From the human T2T-CHM13v2.0 reference genome, Homo sapiens, in the NCBI RefSeq assembly GCF_009914755.1, contig NC_060942.1: a stretch of 64,000 nt of DNA. One strand, written 5' to 3'. Below the pieces are notes generated by a model. The model was not told where the DNA came from. It saw only the letters and a program-made list of their open reading frames with translations, and did no database searches. The translations under genes and the position numbers were made by a program. Numbering within the stretch: the first letter of the stretch is position 1; each line of letters opens with the position of its first letter. Positions 40,366 through 52,587 of the stretch are shown here, one piece after another.

Positions 40366-40755
40366 AGAGCTACTGACCCAGAATGTCTTGGGGTTAGGAT
40401 TGGAGATGGGGTCTCAGGATCTGTGTTAACAAGTTTCAGGGGTGACTATAATGCCCAGTCAGGGTTAAAATCACTGTTAACAATAGGGGAGGTTTTTCTA
40501 CTTAGTTTTTATTTCTCAGCAAGATGATATTTTAAAAAGCAAACTGCAGGAGAATGGAAGATGAATAGAAAGGTGGTGAGGCTAACAGGAGAGCCTCAGG
40601 AAATCACCGAGCAAATGAGACAAGGGCCTGGATGAAGCAGGGGTTATGGGTGGAGGTGAGAAGCTGGTTGGGAGAGGTCAACAGGAGATCCCATCAGAAG
40701 TGCCCAGTGCTCAGAGGGAGTGATGGAGTCGAGGATGACTCTGAGGTTTCCGGCT

Positions 40756-41180
40756 TGTTATGGGTCATATTATGTCCCCCAAACAGATATGTTGAAGTCC
40801 TAACTCCTAGTACCTAAGAATACAACCTTGTTTGATAATAGGGTCTTTGCAACTGCAATTAAGTTAAGAGAAGGTCATTGAGGGAAAGCCCTAAGCCAAG
40901 ATGGCTGGGATCCTTATAAGAAGGGGAGGGACACAAAGGGAGGGCAGCCATGTGTCCACAGGGGCAGAGAGTGGAGTGATGTGGCTGTAAGCCAAGGAAT
41001 GTCAAGGATTGCTGGCAAGCACTAGAAGCTAAAAAGAGCAAGGAAGGATCCTTCCCTACAGGTTTCAGAGAGACTATGGCCCTGCTGACCCCGTATTTTG
41101 TATGTGAGACAATACATTTCTGTTGTTTTAAGGCACCTGTTCATGGTACTTTGTTTTGGCAGCCCTAGGGACCGAATACA
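40756..41180 (+). mobile_element. MLT1B/C solo LTR
   Basis: tgttatggg...gaataca termini with the typical internal motifs. Confidence 0.88.
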
Positions 41181-42860
41181 GAGCTGTAATGGCCTGCACT
41201 GGTGTTGCCTCTCTCTGCACTGGGTCATCAGTGAGGGCAAGCGTTTCTCGTAGACAGCACCTGTCTATGAATGTTCTCCACAGCATAGACATCCTCTGCA
41301 CCAGAAACAGAGCCTCATATTCGGTGTTCCTCTTTGTTATCTAGCTGCACAAACACAAGGTATTAATTCACTAAGGGTTTCAATTATCTGCTATATAAAA
41401 AGGCATAAACATAAAAGGTTTTAATTGTCTTTTATATAATAAGGCAGTTTCCAAAAATTAAATTAGGATTTTTACATTTAGTTTTCCCATTCTCATGCTG
41501 ACCATATTTTAATTTGATTTCGAAAGCATTTTTGGTAATATTTTAAAGTATTATCTTTCATCTAGTATCATAAAAATTATTTAGAAAACCTATAGAAGAT
41601 TTCATCTCTACAAGTAACATTTTTCAGATAGGAAATGATTGCAGCATTGAACTGCCAAAGAGACAGCTGAAAAAAAAAATGGGTCATGCATTCATCCCAT
41701 TCTAGAACAGAGGCTGCCAAGCAGTTCACTGCTCATTTTTGTCCTGTTCTCGTAAACAAGCTGCGTTAACAAGTTACTTTTAAAAAGCATACTAATTTCC
41801 CCAGTGAATTGCACAGGAAAGAATCCAGCGTTCCCTCCAGAGGACTCAAATAGTTGTTTGTTCTCAGAGCTCAGGTGTGGTAAAATAGCCGTGGGCTAAA
41901 AGCACAGGCTGGATATTGGCCAGCAGGCTAGAGCTTCCCCTCCACTCCTGATTTCTCACGTTGGTGAGAAACTCATAGCCTGCCTGATGTGGGGGGGAGA
42001 AAAGACTCGATTTTCAATTTCAATTTAATTACACAATCCATAGTGCCTAATGGGAAGGATTTAGCGGCAAGATTAATGCTCAGCAGCGCTCCATTTTGCC
42101 TTTTTTTTTTGATAAAAAATACTGTATGGATTATCTAAAGTGGGTTTTCAAAAATGTTTTTCAAGAGCCAAATTATTTTGGTGGCATAGTGATTTGAAAA
42201 AGAAGGTGACTTTATTTCTTGACTCTCTGCCAGAGTTTATATAAATTAGAGGTATAAGATACCTTTTTGAATTGTATTGCCAGTGTATCATTCTTGAGAG
42301 TGGGGAGCACTTCTTTACTTGGGAGAAGAATGAATAGAAATTTCACTGTAGGATTAGAAATATAAGCAATGATTGAAGGAGACGACGATCTGTTCTGAGA
42401 ATGACTGTAAAATTAAAATATTAAGACCTTTCCCTCTTCAGTTAAATCCTAAAGAATTTCACTCTCTTATTGAGACTGAAAACCATTATAATTTTATATG
42501 GCATCAGATCAATATTTAAGATTATGAGTAAATATTTGGCATTCTATTTTGGTGTCTACATATTTTGTTAGTTTTGCTAAACGTAAAAAGAAGCTAAAAT
42601 AGGAAATGGAAATCTACCCATGAGAAGTGACCTTAGTATATTTTTTGACCAATTGCTTTAGGTTGTTAAGTTAATAAGGGAAACAGGTAGGTTGTTACAT
42701 TTATAAGGAAAACAGGGCTTTTTATAAGGAAAAGTATTCCTATATGATTTAAATAAATAAAAATAGCAGCAGTAAACTTTACTGGCTAACCATTGCTGAG
42801 CCTCACCAAACCACTTGAGCACATACAAATAATTTTAAATGAAGTAATAAAGAAACTAAG

Positions 42861-43148
<288 letters not shown>

Positions 43149-44360
43149 AAAGAAACTAAGTTTAAAAGGCAAATGAACTATTTGAAATGGCCAAATGATT
43201 TTGCTATTTCACAATGATGGCATTTTCAAGTATTAAGAGAGTTGCTACTACAAGTCAACATGTACAACAGTATTTAAAAACAAAATGGCACCTGATTAAA
43301 TTTTGGCTACTGAATTTGAAAAATAGTATATTAGCCAAATGGGTTGACTATTTTGAAAGCTTGATGAGTTACAGGGCATCTGGCACAGATTGGGTAAAAC
43401 TAGAACTTTATTGGGATGGACTGACAATAGGAACTAGAATTGGAATTTCTTTTGGAGTGCACTTAGAAGGTTGAAAAATGCACCTTTGACTGGTATAAGT
43501 GTAGATTTACCACCCTTCTCTTTGGTAAGGGTAAGCTGTAATTTATGCCATTGAAAGGAAAAAAGAAGGAAGATATGGAAATGTGTACCTATGGGTGAAA
43601 CCCAAGCATATTTTTCCACAGGTCAATGTCTGCATTCTCTGACTCTAGTGGCACAGGCAGGGTTTGGAGAAACTGTAGCTAAGCTGGCCTGGGGAAAAAT
43701 TAGGTGGGTGGGGCAAGATATGCTTTTGGGGAAGGCCTCTCTTTGTTTGTGTGGCTGCAGGTCTCAAGCTCCTAAAACAGTTCTATAGAAGGACACCATC
43801 TACCTAGAAATACAAAAATAGATCAGTAAGAAGATGGGATAAGAAAACCATGATGCAGACAGGAAGATGCTGGCCAACTGTGAGTAGAAACAAAAGACCA
43901 GAATGGAAGATCAACTTGTGGTATATAGGGGGCCAGTTCTTAGCTGTTTGGGAGGCAGTGACTTTTAGCTGATTGAACGAAAACCTGAGAAAATCACGGA
44001 GAGTCACCTTAGTTAAGGGAAAAGTAGATGGAAGTATCTATTTGCTGCCATGATAGTATCAATACAGAGGTCACAATAAGGTCACAGAGATACTTGCAAG
44101 TTAGAACTGGCAGAGTCTCATTAGTCTACTGTTTCCTGTTTGGATAGGATGTGGTTGGGAAGGACTTGGCTTGGGAGGAGACAAAGAAAGCGCATGGTCA
44201 TCTACATATGACCAAATATGTTTTTTTCCCCAGAACCAATAACATATATATTGCTCATAACTAACAGCTAACATTACCCCCTGCCTTTTTTATATTTACA
44301 CATGTTTATTAACATTGAAACAAAATTCTATATTAGAGTTTACGAGAAATGAGAGAATAC

Positions 44361-44398
44361 CTGGTTGGTGATATGTTCCTGGATTTTTTCTGTACTCA
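44361..44398 (-). CDS. CHST9: CHST9 penultimate coding micro-exon (38 nt), encodes (M)STEKIQEHITNQ
   Basis: Minus strand reads tttctctttcag|TGAGTACAGAAAAAATCCAGGAACATATCACCAACCAG|gtattc. It joins in frame to NPKFHM of the last exon, reproducing the recalled CHST9 sequence ...IMSTEKIQEHITNQNPKFHM. Confidence 0.93.
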
Positions 44399-45239
44399 CT
44401 GAAAGAGAAAGCAAAAAGAATTTTTACATTAAAGCATGAAAATGAATAAAATGCGGTACTGATGCTGCTCTGTTTACAGTAAACACTTCCAAAGTGGTCA
44501 TGGACTCTCTGAGCAAGGATTTCTATCACAATGTGGATGTTTACAACCACTTCAATAACTGGGGAAAAAAAGCCAAAACCTAAATAAACTGTGTTAGGCA
44601 AAGATAACAGAAAATGGAGTGGAAATCCAATAAGGGTGATACCAGCAGAATGTATTAAACTTTCACAGATAAATGATGAAGAGATGAAAAGGACCGAAGA
44701 AAAATTTGAACAACAGCCAGTCAAAACAAAGTTTTCCAAACAATGACAACCTATTGAAGTATAATACTAATACTGAGCTCAGGGAACCCTGAGAACTGGA
44801 CAAGGAGATTTGAGGTGGCAGATGGCAGCAGTGCTACTTCAAAAACATTTCTTACGTGGGAAGTGATAAAGGCAATATTATACTTTGTTGTTATGGTACT
44901 GCCAGAGATTGAAGTACAAACCAACAGTTCTATAAATTGTATCTTGATCAGGATGAAAAACATGCAGAGTAATGTATGACAGGCAACCAAGGGACATAAA
45001 AAATAAGGATTCTAATATAATATATTTCTCTGTCATTGTGAAAATAGCCTGAAAGTGATCAACGTTATGTATGTCTTAAGTAGAGGAAAATAAAATCCTT
45101 AGTAGTAATAAATAAAAAACAAACCATGAGAAAAGAAAAGAGAGAAGACATTTAGTGGCATCACAGTTATTATGTGTTTGTGAACACCTTAGTGTGTTAC
45201 AAACATTTTATTAAATGTGTCCCTTTTAAAAAAACAAAC

Positions 45240-45905
45240 TTTAATTTTAATTGAAATAACTGTTGAGTCACATGTAGTTGTAAGAAATAATGCAGAGAGA
45301 TCTCTTGTACTTTTTACCCAGTTCCCCTAATGGTAACATCTTGAAAAGCTATAGTACAATATTACAACCAAGGTATTAATATTGATAGAAAGAGTGTTTT
45401 CCTTACCACAAGTATCTCCCCTTTTGTCCACTACACTACATCACTCCCCTCCACCTCCATGCTTTCCCTAAACCCTGGCAACCACTAGTCTGTTTTCCAT
45501 TTCTGTCGTTTTGTCATTTCAGGAATGTTATACAAATGAATCATAAAGCATAGAGCCTTTAAGGATTGGCTTTTTTCCTCGGCATACTTCTCTGGAGATT
45601 CTTCCAGGTTGCTGTGTGTGTCAATGTGGTTGGTTTCTTTTTATTTTTGATATATTCTGTGGTATGGATGTGCCAAAGTTTGTTTAGCCATTTACTCGTT
45701 GAAGGATATCTTGGTAGTTTCTAAGTTTTGACTATCATGAATAAAGCTGCTATAAACATTTTTGTACAGGTTATTATGTGAACATAAATCTTCATTTCTC
45801 TGGGATAAATGTCCAGAAGTGACATTGCTGGGTTATATAATAGTTGTAGGCTTAATTGTTTGAGAAACTGCCAAACTGTTTTCAAAAAAAGATGTCCCAA
45901 GTGAA
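45240..45905 (-). mobile_element. L1MC-type 3' fragment
   Basis: gtaagaaataatgcagagagatc...tttacccagtt...aatggtaacatcttg 3'UTR signature; ORF2 C-terminal remnant in ORF 45721-45918. Confidence 0.8.
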
Positions 45906-46628
45906 ACTTACTGGCCAATTAGTCAACCAATAATAAGTATACTTAAAAATTTTGTTAAGTATTCAGTACCAAGCTCCATGTCATATGAGATACAGTAGAA
46001 GTGTAAGGCGTATAGGGGAAATTGAATGGTGATGTTCAGAGTGGGCTATTTCATGGTGTCATTGTTAGGAAATGCCTGATGCCTGGGGCCAGTCTCAGAC
46101 TCGCCAGATAATAAGAATCAATTTTCTTCATTTTTTTAAGGGCAATCTCAATCAGATACTCTTGATATGTTTTAGATTTCTTTTGTCAGTTTATATGCGG
46201 AGTGTTTAAAGAAGAGACAACATGGCTTGTGGGAAAAGGTTGGCCTTTTAAATTACAGATCACTGGTGTTTAAATGTGGGCTCCCCAAAGAAGTGACATT
46301 TGAGTCAAAACCTGAAAGATGATAAAGGAGTTAACTTGACCAAGAAGAGGGGGGAGAACTTTCAGGCAGAAGGAAGAACATGACAAGGGCCATGTGATAG
46401 GAGGGAGCATAGTGGATCCAAGGATAGAAAGGAGGCCAGCATGGCAGGTGTGGAGAGGTGAGCAGGGCATAGTGTGAGAGAGGCTACACAGATAGGCAGG
46501 AAACCCTGCAAAGAAGTCAGGTAGACCATTTTTGGGAAATTTAAGATCCTCTCAAGAACAGTGGGAAACTGACCATTAAGGGGATTCAGGCAAGTGCACA
46601 GGTAGTGACATCAGAATAGCATGCACAG

Positions 46629-48431
46629 CCTATGTCCTGAATGGTATTGCCTAGGTTTTCTTCTAGGGTTTTTATGGTTTTAGGTCTTACGTTTAAGTCT
46701 TTAATCCATCTTGAGTTAATTTTTGTATAAGGTGTAAGGAAGGGGTCCAGTTTCTGTTTTCTGCATATGGCTAGCCAGTTTTCCCAACACCATTTATTAA
46801 ATAGGAAATCCTTTCCCCATTGCTTGCTTTTGTCAGGTTTGTCAAGATCAGATGGTTGTAGATGTGTGGTGTTATTTCTGAGGCCTCTGTTCTGTTCTGT
46901 TGGTCTATATATCTGTTTTGGTACCAGTACCATCCTGTTTTGGTTACTGTAGCCTTGTAGTACAGTTTGAAGTCGGGTGGTATGATGCCTCCAGCTTTGT
47001 TCTTTTTGCTTAGGGTTGTCTTGGCTATATGTGCTCTTTTTTGGTTCCATATGAAATTTAAAGTAGTTTTTTTCTAATTCTGTGAAGAAAGTCAATGGTA
47101 GCTTGATGGGGATAGCATTAAATCTATACATTACTTTGGGCAGTGTGGCCATTTTCACGATATTGATTCTTCCTATCCATGGGCATGGAATGTTTTTCCA
47201 TTTGTTTGTGTCCTCTCATACTTCCTTGAGCAGTGGTTTGTAGTTCTCCTTGAAAAGGTCCTTCACATCCCTTGTAAGTTGTATGCCTAGGTATTTTATT
47301 CTCTTTGTAGCTGTTGTGAATGGGAGTTCACTCATGATTTGGCTCTCTGTTTGTCTATTATTGATGTATAGGGATGCTTGTGAATTCATGACTAAAACAC
47401 CAAAAGCAATGGCAAAAAAAGCCAAAATTGACAAATGGGATCTAATTAAACCAAAGAGCTTCTGCACAGCAAAAGAAACTTTCATCAGAGTGAACAGGCA
47501 ACCTACAGAATAGGAGAAAATGTTTGCAATCTATCCATTTGACAAAGGGCTAATATCTAGAATCTACAAAGAACTTAAGTAAATTTATAAGAAAAAAACA
47601 AACCCCATCAAAAAGTGGGCAAAGGATATGAACAGACACTTCTTGAAGACATTTATGCAGCCAACAAACATATGAAAAAAGCTCATCATCACTGGTCATT
47701 AGAGAAATGCAAATGAAAACCACAATGAGATAACATCTCACACCAGTTAGAATAGCGATCATTAAAAAGTCAGGAACAACAGGTGCTGGAGATAATGTGG
47801 AGAAATAGGAATCCTTTTACACTGTTGGTGGGACTGTAAACTAGTTCAACCATTGTGGAAGACAATGTGGCGACTCCTCAAGGACCTAGAACCAGAAATA
47901 CCATTTAAGCCAGCAACCCCATTACTGGATATATACCCAAAGGATTATAAATCATTCTACTATAAAGACACATGCGAACGTATGTTTATTGCAGCACTGT
48001 TCACAATAGCAAAGACTTGGAACCAACCTAAATGCCCATCAATGACAGACAGGATAAAGAAAATGTGGCACATATACACCATGGAATACTATGCAGTCAT
48101 AAAAAAGGATGAGTTCATGTCCTTTGCAGGGACATGGATGAAGCTGGAAACCATCATTCTCAGCAAACTAACACAGGAACAGAAAACCAAACACCTCATG
48201 TTCTCACTCATAAGTGGGAGCTGAACAATGAGAACACATGGGCACAGGGAGGGGAACATCACACACTGAGGCCTTTCAGGGAGTGGGGGACCAGGGGAGT
48301 GATAGCATTAGGAGAAATATCTAATGTAGATGATGGGTTGATGGGTGCAGCAAACCACCATGGCACATTATACCTATGTAACAAACCTGTGTGTTCTGCA
48401 CATGCATCCCAGAACTTAAAGTTAAAAAAAA
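46629..48431 (+). mobile_element. 5'-truncated L1PA (about PA7/8) with 5' inversion: 46629-47383 antisense, 47384-48431 sense
   Basis: ORF2 peptides on both strands; the segments are adjacent in L1 consensus (...caggacataggc / ttcatgactaaaacacc...); 14-bp TSD aata(g/t)cat(g/a)cacag at 46615-46628 and 48432-48445. Confidence 0.93.
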
Positions 48432-49396
48432 AATATCATACACAGATTTGCATTTTTAAAAGACCACTCAACTCTGGTTGGCAACTGAAACACTGACTCC
48501 TCAGGGTGTCAGGGGTGGCAGCAGCACTACAAAACCTTAGTTTTGTTTCCTTTGGGACTAAGAGAAATCTGCAGAAATTGAAGAGACAAATAAGAGCCAA
48601 ACAATAAAATATTCACACCCTAATAATGCAGCAGCCTACTGAACTCTAGAAAATGGACTAAAGGACAGCATGGTATCTAATAGCAGCTCTGACAATTACT
48701 AGGTGTTTGAACTGGGGCTAGTTACTTTAATGCTCTGGCTTGTTTGCCTATCTATAACAAAGGGTTAACAATATCCACCCTTTCCCAAATTTGTGAGGAT
48801 TGAATGAAATAAGAACGAATTTTGCAGGTAAAGGATAAGAGAGGGGCACTCCAGGGAGTTGGGGCAGGACAAGTAAAGAAATCTAAGAGGCAGGTAAGTG
48901 TAGGGTGTGTGTGGGTGAATCGTGAGAAGTTCTGAGCGGCTTATGTAATACACGCATACACTTTAGCAGGTGTGGGGATGGAATGTGGGAAGAGGGAAGG
49001 GGCCCAGCCTTTGGAGATTGTGACTTGGGGTGATATTGGAGGCTTTGCAGGCAGAAGGAGGCCAGCAAAAGTCTTTCAGATGAGGATGAGGTGGCCAAAG
49101 CAGTTCTTGAGAAAGATGAATTGAGTGGTGGTGTGGAGACGGGTTGAAGGGGTAGTAGAGGTGGGTGGTGAAGACAGCAATGAGCATGTGCTGTGTCCAG
49201 GCAGAAGGGGTGCGGGCTTGAGCCCAGGCAGTGAGAATGGGAAGGGAGGGACGCCAGGAGCAGGTGGTATTTCTGAAGTAGGTTCTGGAGATTGATTGAA
49301 TGTGGGAAATACAGGAGCAAGAAGCAAGGACAACACTCAGGTTTTTATTAGGGAATCTGGCAGATGATAGCATTATTAAAGATACAATGAGAATAC

Positions 49397-49570
49397 AGCA
49401 AGACCTCATCTCTACTTTTTTTTTTAATTAGCTGGGTGTGGTTGCATGTGCCTGTAGTCCCAGCTACTCAAGAGACTGAGGTGGGAGGATTGCTTGAGCC
49501 CTTGAATTCAAGACAGTCCTAGAAACATAGTGAGACCCTGTCTGAAAATAAACAAACAAACAAACAAAAA
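49397..49570 (+). mobile_element. Truncated old Alu (AluJ/FLAM-like)
   Basis: gcctgtagtcccagctact...ggaggattgcttgagccc; (AAAC)n tail. Confidence 0.8.
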
Positions 49571-49675
49571 GATACAATGGGAGAAGGAAAAAAAATGAAG
49601 AGGAAGTTAATAAGTGAGGCTTGTGCCTGTAATAAAGAGGAAGATACCTGTAGGTTACAGAAGCTGACATGACAA

Positions 49676-50148
49676 TTACGGCAGATTGAATAATGGCCCC
49701 CAACATGTCCACATCCTAATCAGCCTGTGAATACGGGACCTTTCATGACAAAGGGACTTTGCAGATGTGATTCAGTTAAGGATCTGTGGATGGGAAGCTT
49801 ATCTGGACACAGCCAGTGTAATCATAAGAGTCCTTATAATAAAGGGGCAGGAGAGTTTACAGCAGAGAGAAGGCGAGGTGGCAGTAGCAGCAGGGGTCGG
49901 AGTAATGCCATTGCTGAAGAGGGCTGTGAGCCAAGTACTGTGGGCAACCTCTGGAAACTGGAAAAGGGAAGGACATAGATGACTCCTAGAGCCCTGCAAA
50001 GGAACGCAGCCTTGCTGATACCCTGATTTTAGTCTGGTGAGGCCCATCTGAACTCTGACCTTTAGAATTGTAAGATGCATACATTTGTGTTGTTTTAAGC
50101 CACAGAGTTTTTGGTGATTTGTTACAGCAGCAAAAGGAAATGAATTCA
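49676..50148 (+). mobile_element. MLT1D-like LTR
   Basis: gaataatggcccc...aaagggactttgcagatgtgatt...gttttaagccac...gttacagcagca. Confidence 0.85.
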
Positions 50149-50426
50149 AACAAGTTCTTATGCTTTTTCTCAGCTGTTCCTCAAGGTACGGGGAGGAAAG
50201 CACACTGCTGCTGAGTAACTGCTGTGCCCTGGGCCTAGGCGACATACCTCACAGACATTATGTCCTGAAAAGTAGAGATTATTCCTCCTATGTTTTTAAA
50301 GATTATGTGACCAGGGCTCAAATACATGCAGAAACTTGTCCAAATTTTCATGGTCTATGGGTGAAAGGACAGCCAGCATTCTAAGGAACAACATAGCTAC
50401 TCTTAAGACATAGAAAAGCAAACTTT

Positions 50427-50915
50427 CATTATATAAAAAAGACATATGAACATGCAGGTTTTTAGCAGCACAATTCGCAGTTGCAAAAATGTAGAACCAA
50501 CCTAAATGCCCATCAACCAGTAAGTGGATAAAGAAAATGTGGTATATATACACCGTGGAATACTACTCAGCCATAAAATGGAATGAAACAATGGCATTTG
50601 CAACAACTTGGATGGAGCTAGAGGCCATTATCCTAAGTGAAGTAAGTTAGGAACAGAAAACCAAATATCACATGTTCTCATTTATAAGTGGGAGCTAAGC
50701 TATGAGGATGCAAAGGTGTAGAAATGATGTAATGGACTTGAGGGACTCAGAGGGAAGGGTTGAGGGAGGGTGAGGGAGAAAAGACAACATATGGGGTACC
50801 GTGCACACTGCTTAGGCGATGAGTGCACCAAAATCTCAGAATCACCACTGAAGAACTTATCCATGTAATCAAGAACCACCTGTTCTGCAAAAATTATTGA
50901 AACAAAATTTTTTTA
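50427..50915 (+). mobile_element. L1PB-type 3' end
   Basis: ggaatactactcagccataaa...gtgggagctaagctatgaggatgcaaagg...ccatgtaatcaagaaccacctgttc. Confidence 0.88.
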
Positions 50916-51587
50916 AAGCTAACTTTCAGGATAAAACTAGTCTTTTTTGTCTCATATTTGGGTCTTATCCCTCCAGCTTTTGGTTAGAGGATTAAAGAGG
51001 GAAAAAATAAAAAAATTGACAAAGTTGTCTGACCGGCAGATTAAGTGGAGAGTCATCCCAGATTTCTTAAATTTTAATCTCATTATGTCTTCACAAAACA
51101 AAGCAGAATAAACTGCAGAGGCAGGTTGCGCACACTGTTGGCTCATCTTATGATGAAGGTGGTGTTGAGACACTTCTGTGCATTCATGAGCTTCAGGAAT
51201 AAAATTTGTAGAAACAGCCCTAACCCACTATCATCAACATGGGTGGGGAAGGACCTATTTCTCTAAGATTTATAATTCCAGGACAACTGCCTCAAATTCT
51301 CCAAACTTTGCAGTGAGACTCACTAATTCTTCTCATTGTAAGTTGCTTGATTAATCACCCCGAACTGATTAAAATTCTAGGGAAAGTTATTTTGCTGCCT
51401 AAACAGTTTAAAGCAGTGGTTCTAAACCTCTTTCAGGTAACAGGCCCCTTTGAGAATCTAAGAGCAGTTATGATTCTGCATTTCAGAAAAATGCCAACAC
51501 ACAGGAAAAAAGGGAAAATGGCAGGAGGCTAATAGACCTTCTTCAGCCATGCATAGATCTGCAAGAATCTATCTGTTGCTCAAAGTC

Positions 51588-52587
51588 TTTTTGTTTTTTT
51601 TTTGGTCAAAGGGATTTGGAAAATACTTCTTTTCTAGGTATCTCAGTAGGAACTTTACTCTCTCAAACCATAAATTTGTAGTGCCTTACATAAAAAGTTA
51701 CAATTAAATCAACATAAATCTTTTGTTTTAATAAATAAAGCACATTCATGGCTTAGATTTTAGATCACATTTATAGATGAGGAAAATTTCTAGGCCCAAA
51801 CAGTAACAGTGAAGCTACTACTGCTGGAAGGAATAATGTGCCACCTGTGTCTTAAATCTCAAGAGCAGAGACTTCAGGGCAGAGAACACCATACACATCA
51901 CCTCTAGACTAGGTTGCTGGGAGCCAGAGGAAGATCTTGGTGAAGTGCATGCAGCCACCATCTGCTCCCATCACCTAATGCTGCAGAACCAACTGGAGCT
52001 GTGCTACTTTGAGATAAACTAGAGGTGGGTTCCTGATCATATTACATGACACTCTCTCCCATTGTTAGCAATTAGGCAAGGACATTAGTGACAGAGGGGC
52101 ATCCACTGAAAAAGACAGAGCAATACTCGAACAGCAAAGAGGAAGCCACTTAGACATTCTTGTTTCTTCAAATATCAGAAGCTTCCACATCATAGCAGGA
52201 GGGCTAGGGATGGACTTCACCTCCCAAAAGCTGTTGGCATTTGGACCAAACAAGGCTCCCCGGACTTCTGGCATCATCTGCTGGCCTGAGATCCAGTCGG
52301 CTTTTCAGGGTGTTGGAAACCTTTATTTTACAATCCCCATTGTGGATCTCAACTCCACCAACTATGTCCTCAGGCAGGTAGGACTCCTGGGCAATTGGGA
52401 CATCAACAATTGTCTGTGGTGGGGATTTTGTACATAGAGACTGCCTTTGCACCATAGTTTTTACCGGAGGGAAATCTTATTTCCTGCAATGAACAGTCAT
52501 TTGGGGCTCTGACAATTGGTATAAACCCTGGAGGACCAGTCCATCCAGCAGCACTTGGTACCTGGGTGTATCTTTTACCACCTTGTG
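51588..52587 (-). pseudogene. 5'-truncated processed pseudogene of V-ATPase subunit E1 (parent ATP6V1E1)
   Basis: Minus-strand translations [57 protein letters not shown] and [11 protein letters not shown] match the V-ATPase E C-terminal half without introns. In-frame TAA at 52479-52477 and frameshifts are present. About 620 nt of parent-like 3' UTR follows (ATTAAA at 51732-51727), then a poly(A) remnant at 51588-51603 and a degenerate TSD aaagt(c/t)t(t/a)ttt. Confidence 0.92.

Noticed and set aside
44296-44739. 147-aa minus-strand ORF
   Set aside because: It overlaps the real 38-nt CHST9 exon in a different frame; the rest is low-information intronic sequence.
46586-48496. 190-aa and 123-aa ORFs with L1 ORF2 similarity
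   Set aside because: They are fragments of a truncated, inverted, frameshifted L1PA, not a gene.
48883-49409. Overlapping 145- and 148-aa minus-strand ORFs
   Set aside because: Purine-skewed, L2-like degraded sequence; stop-poor by composition.
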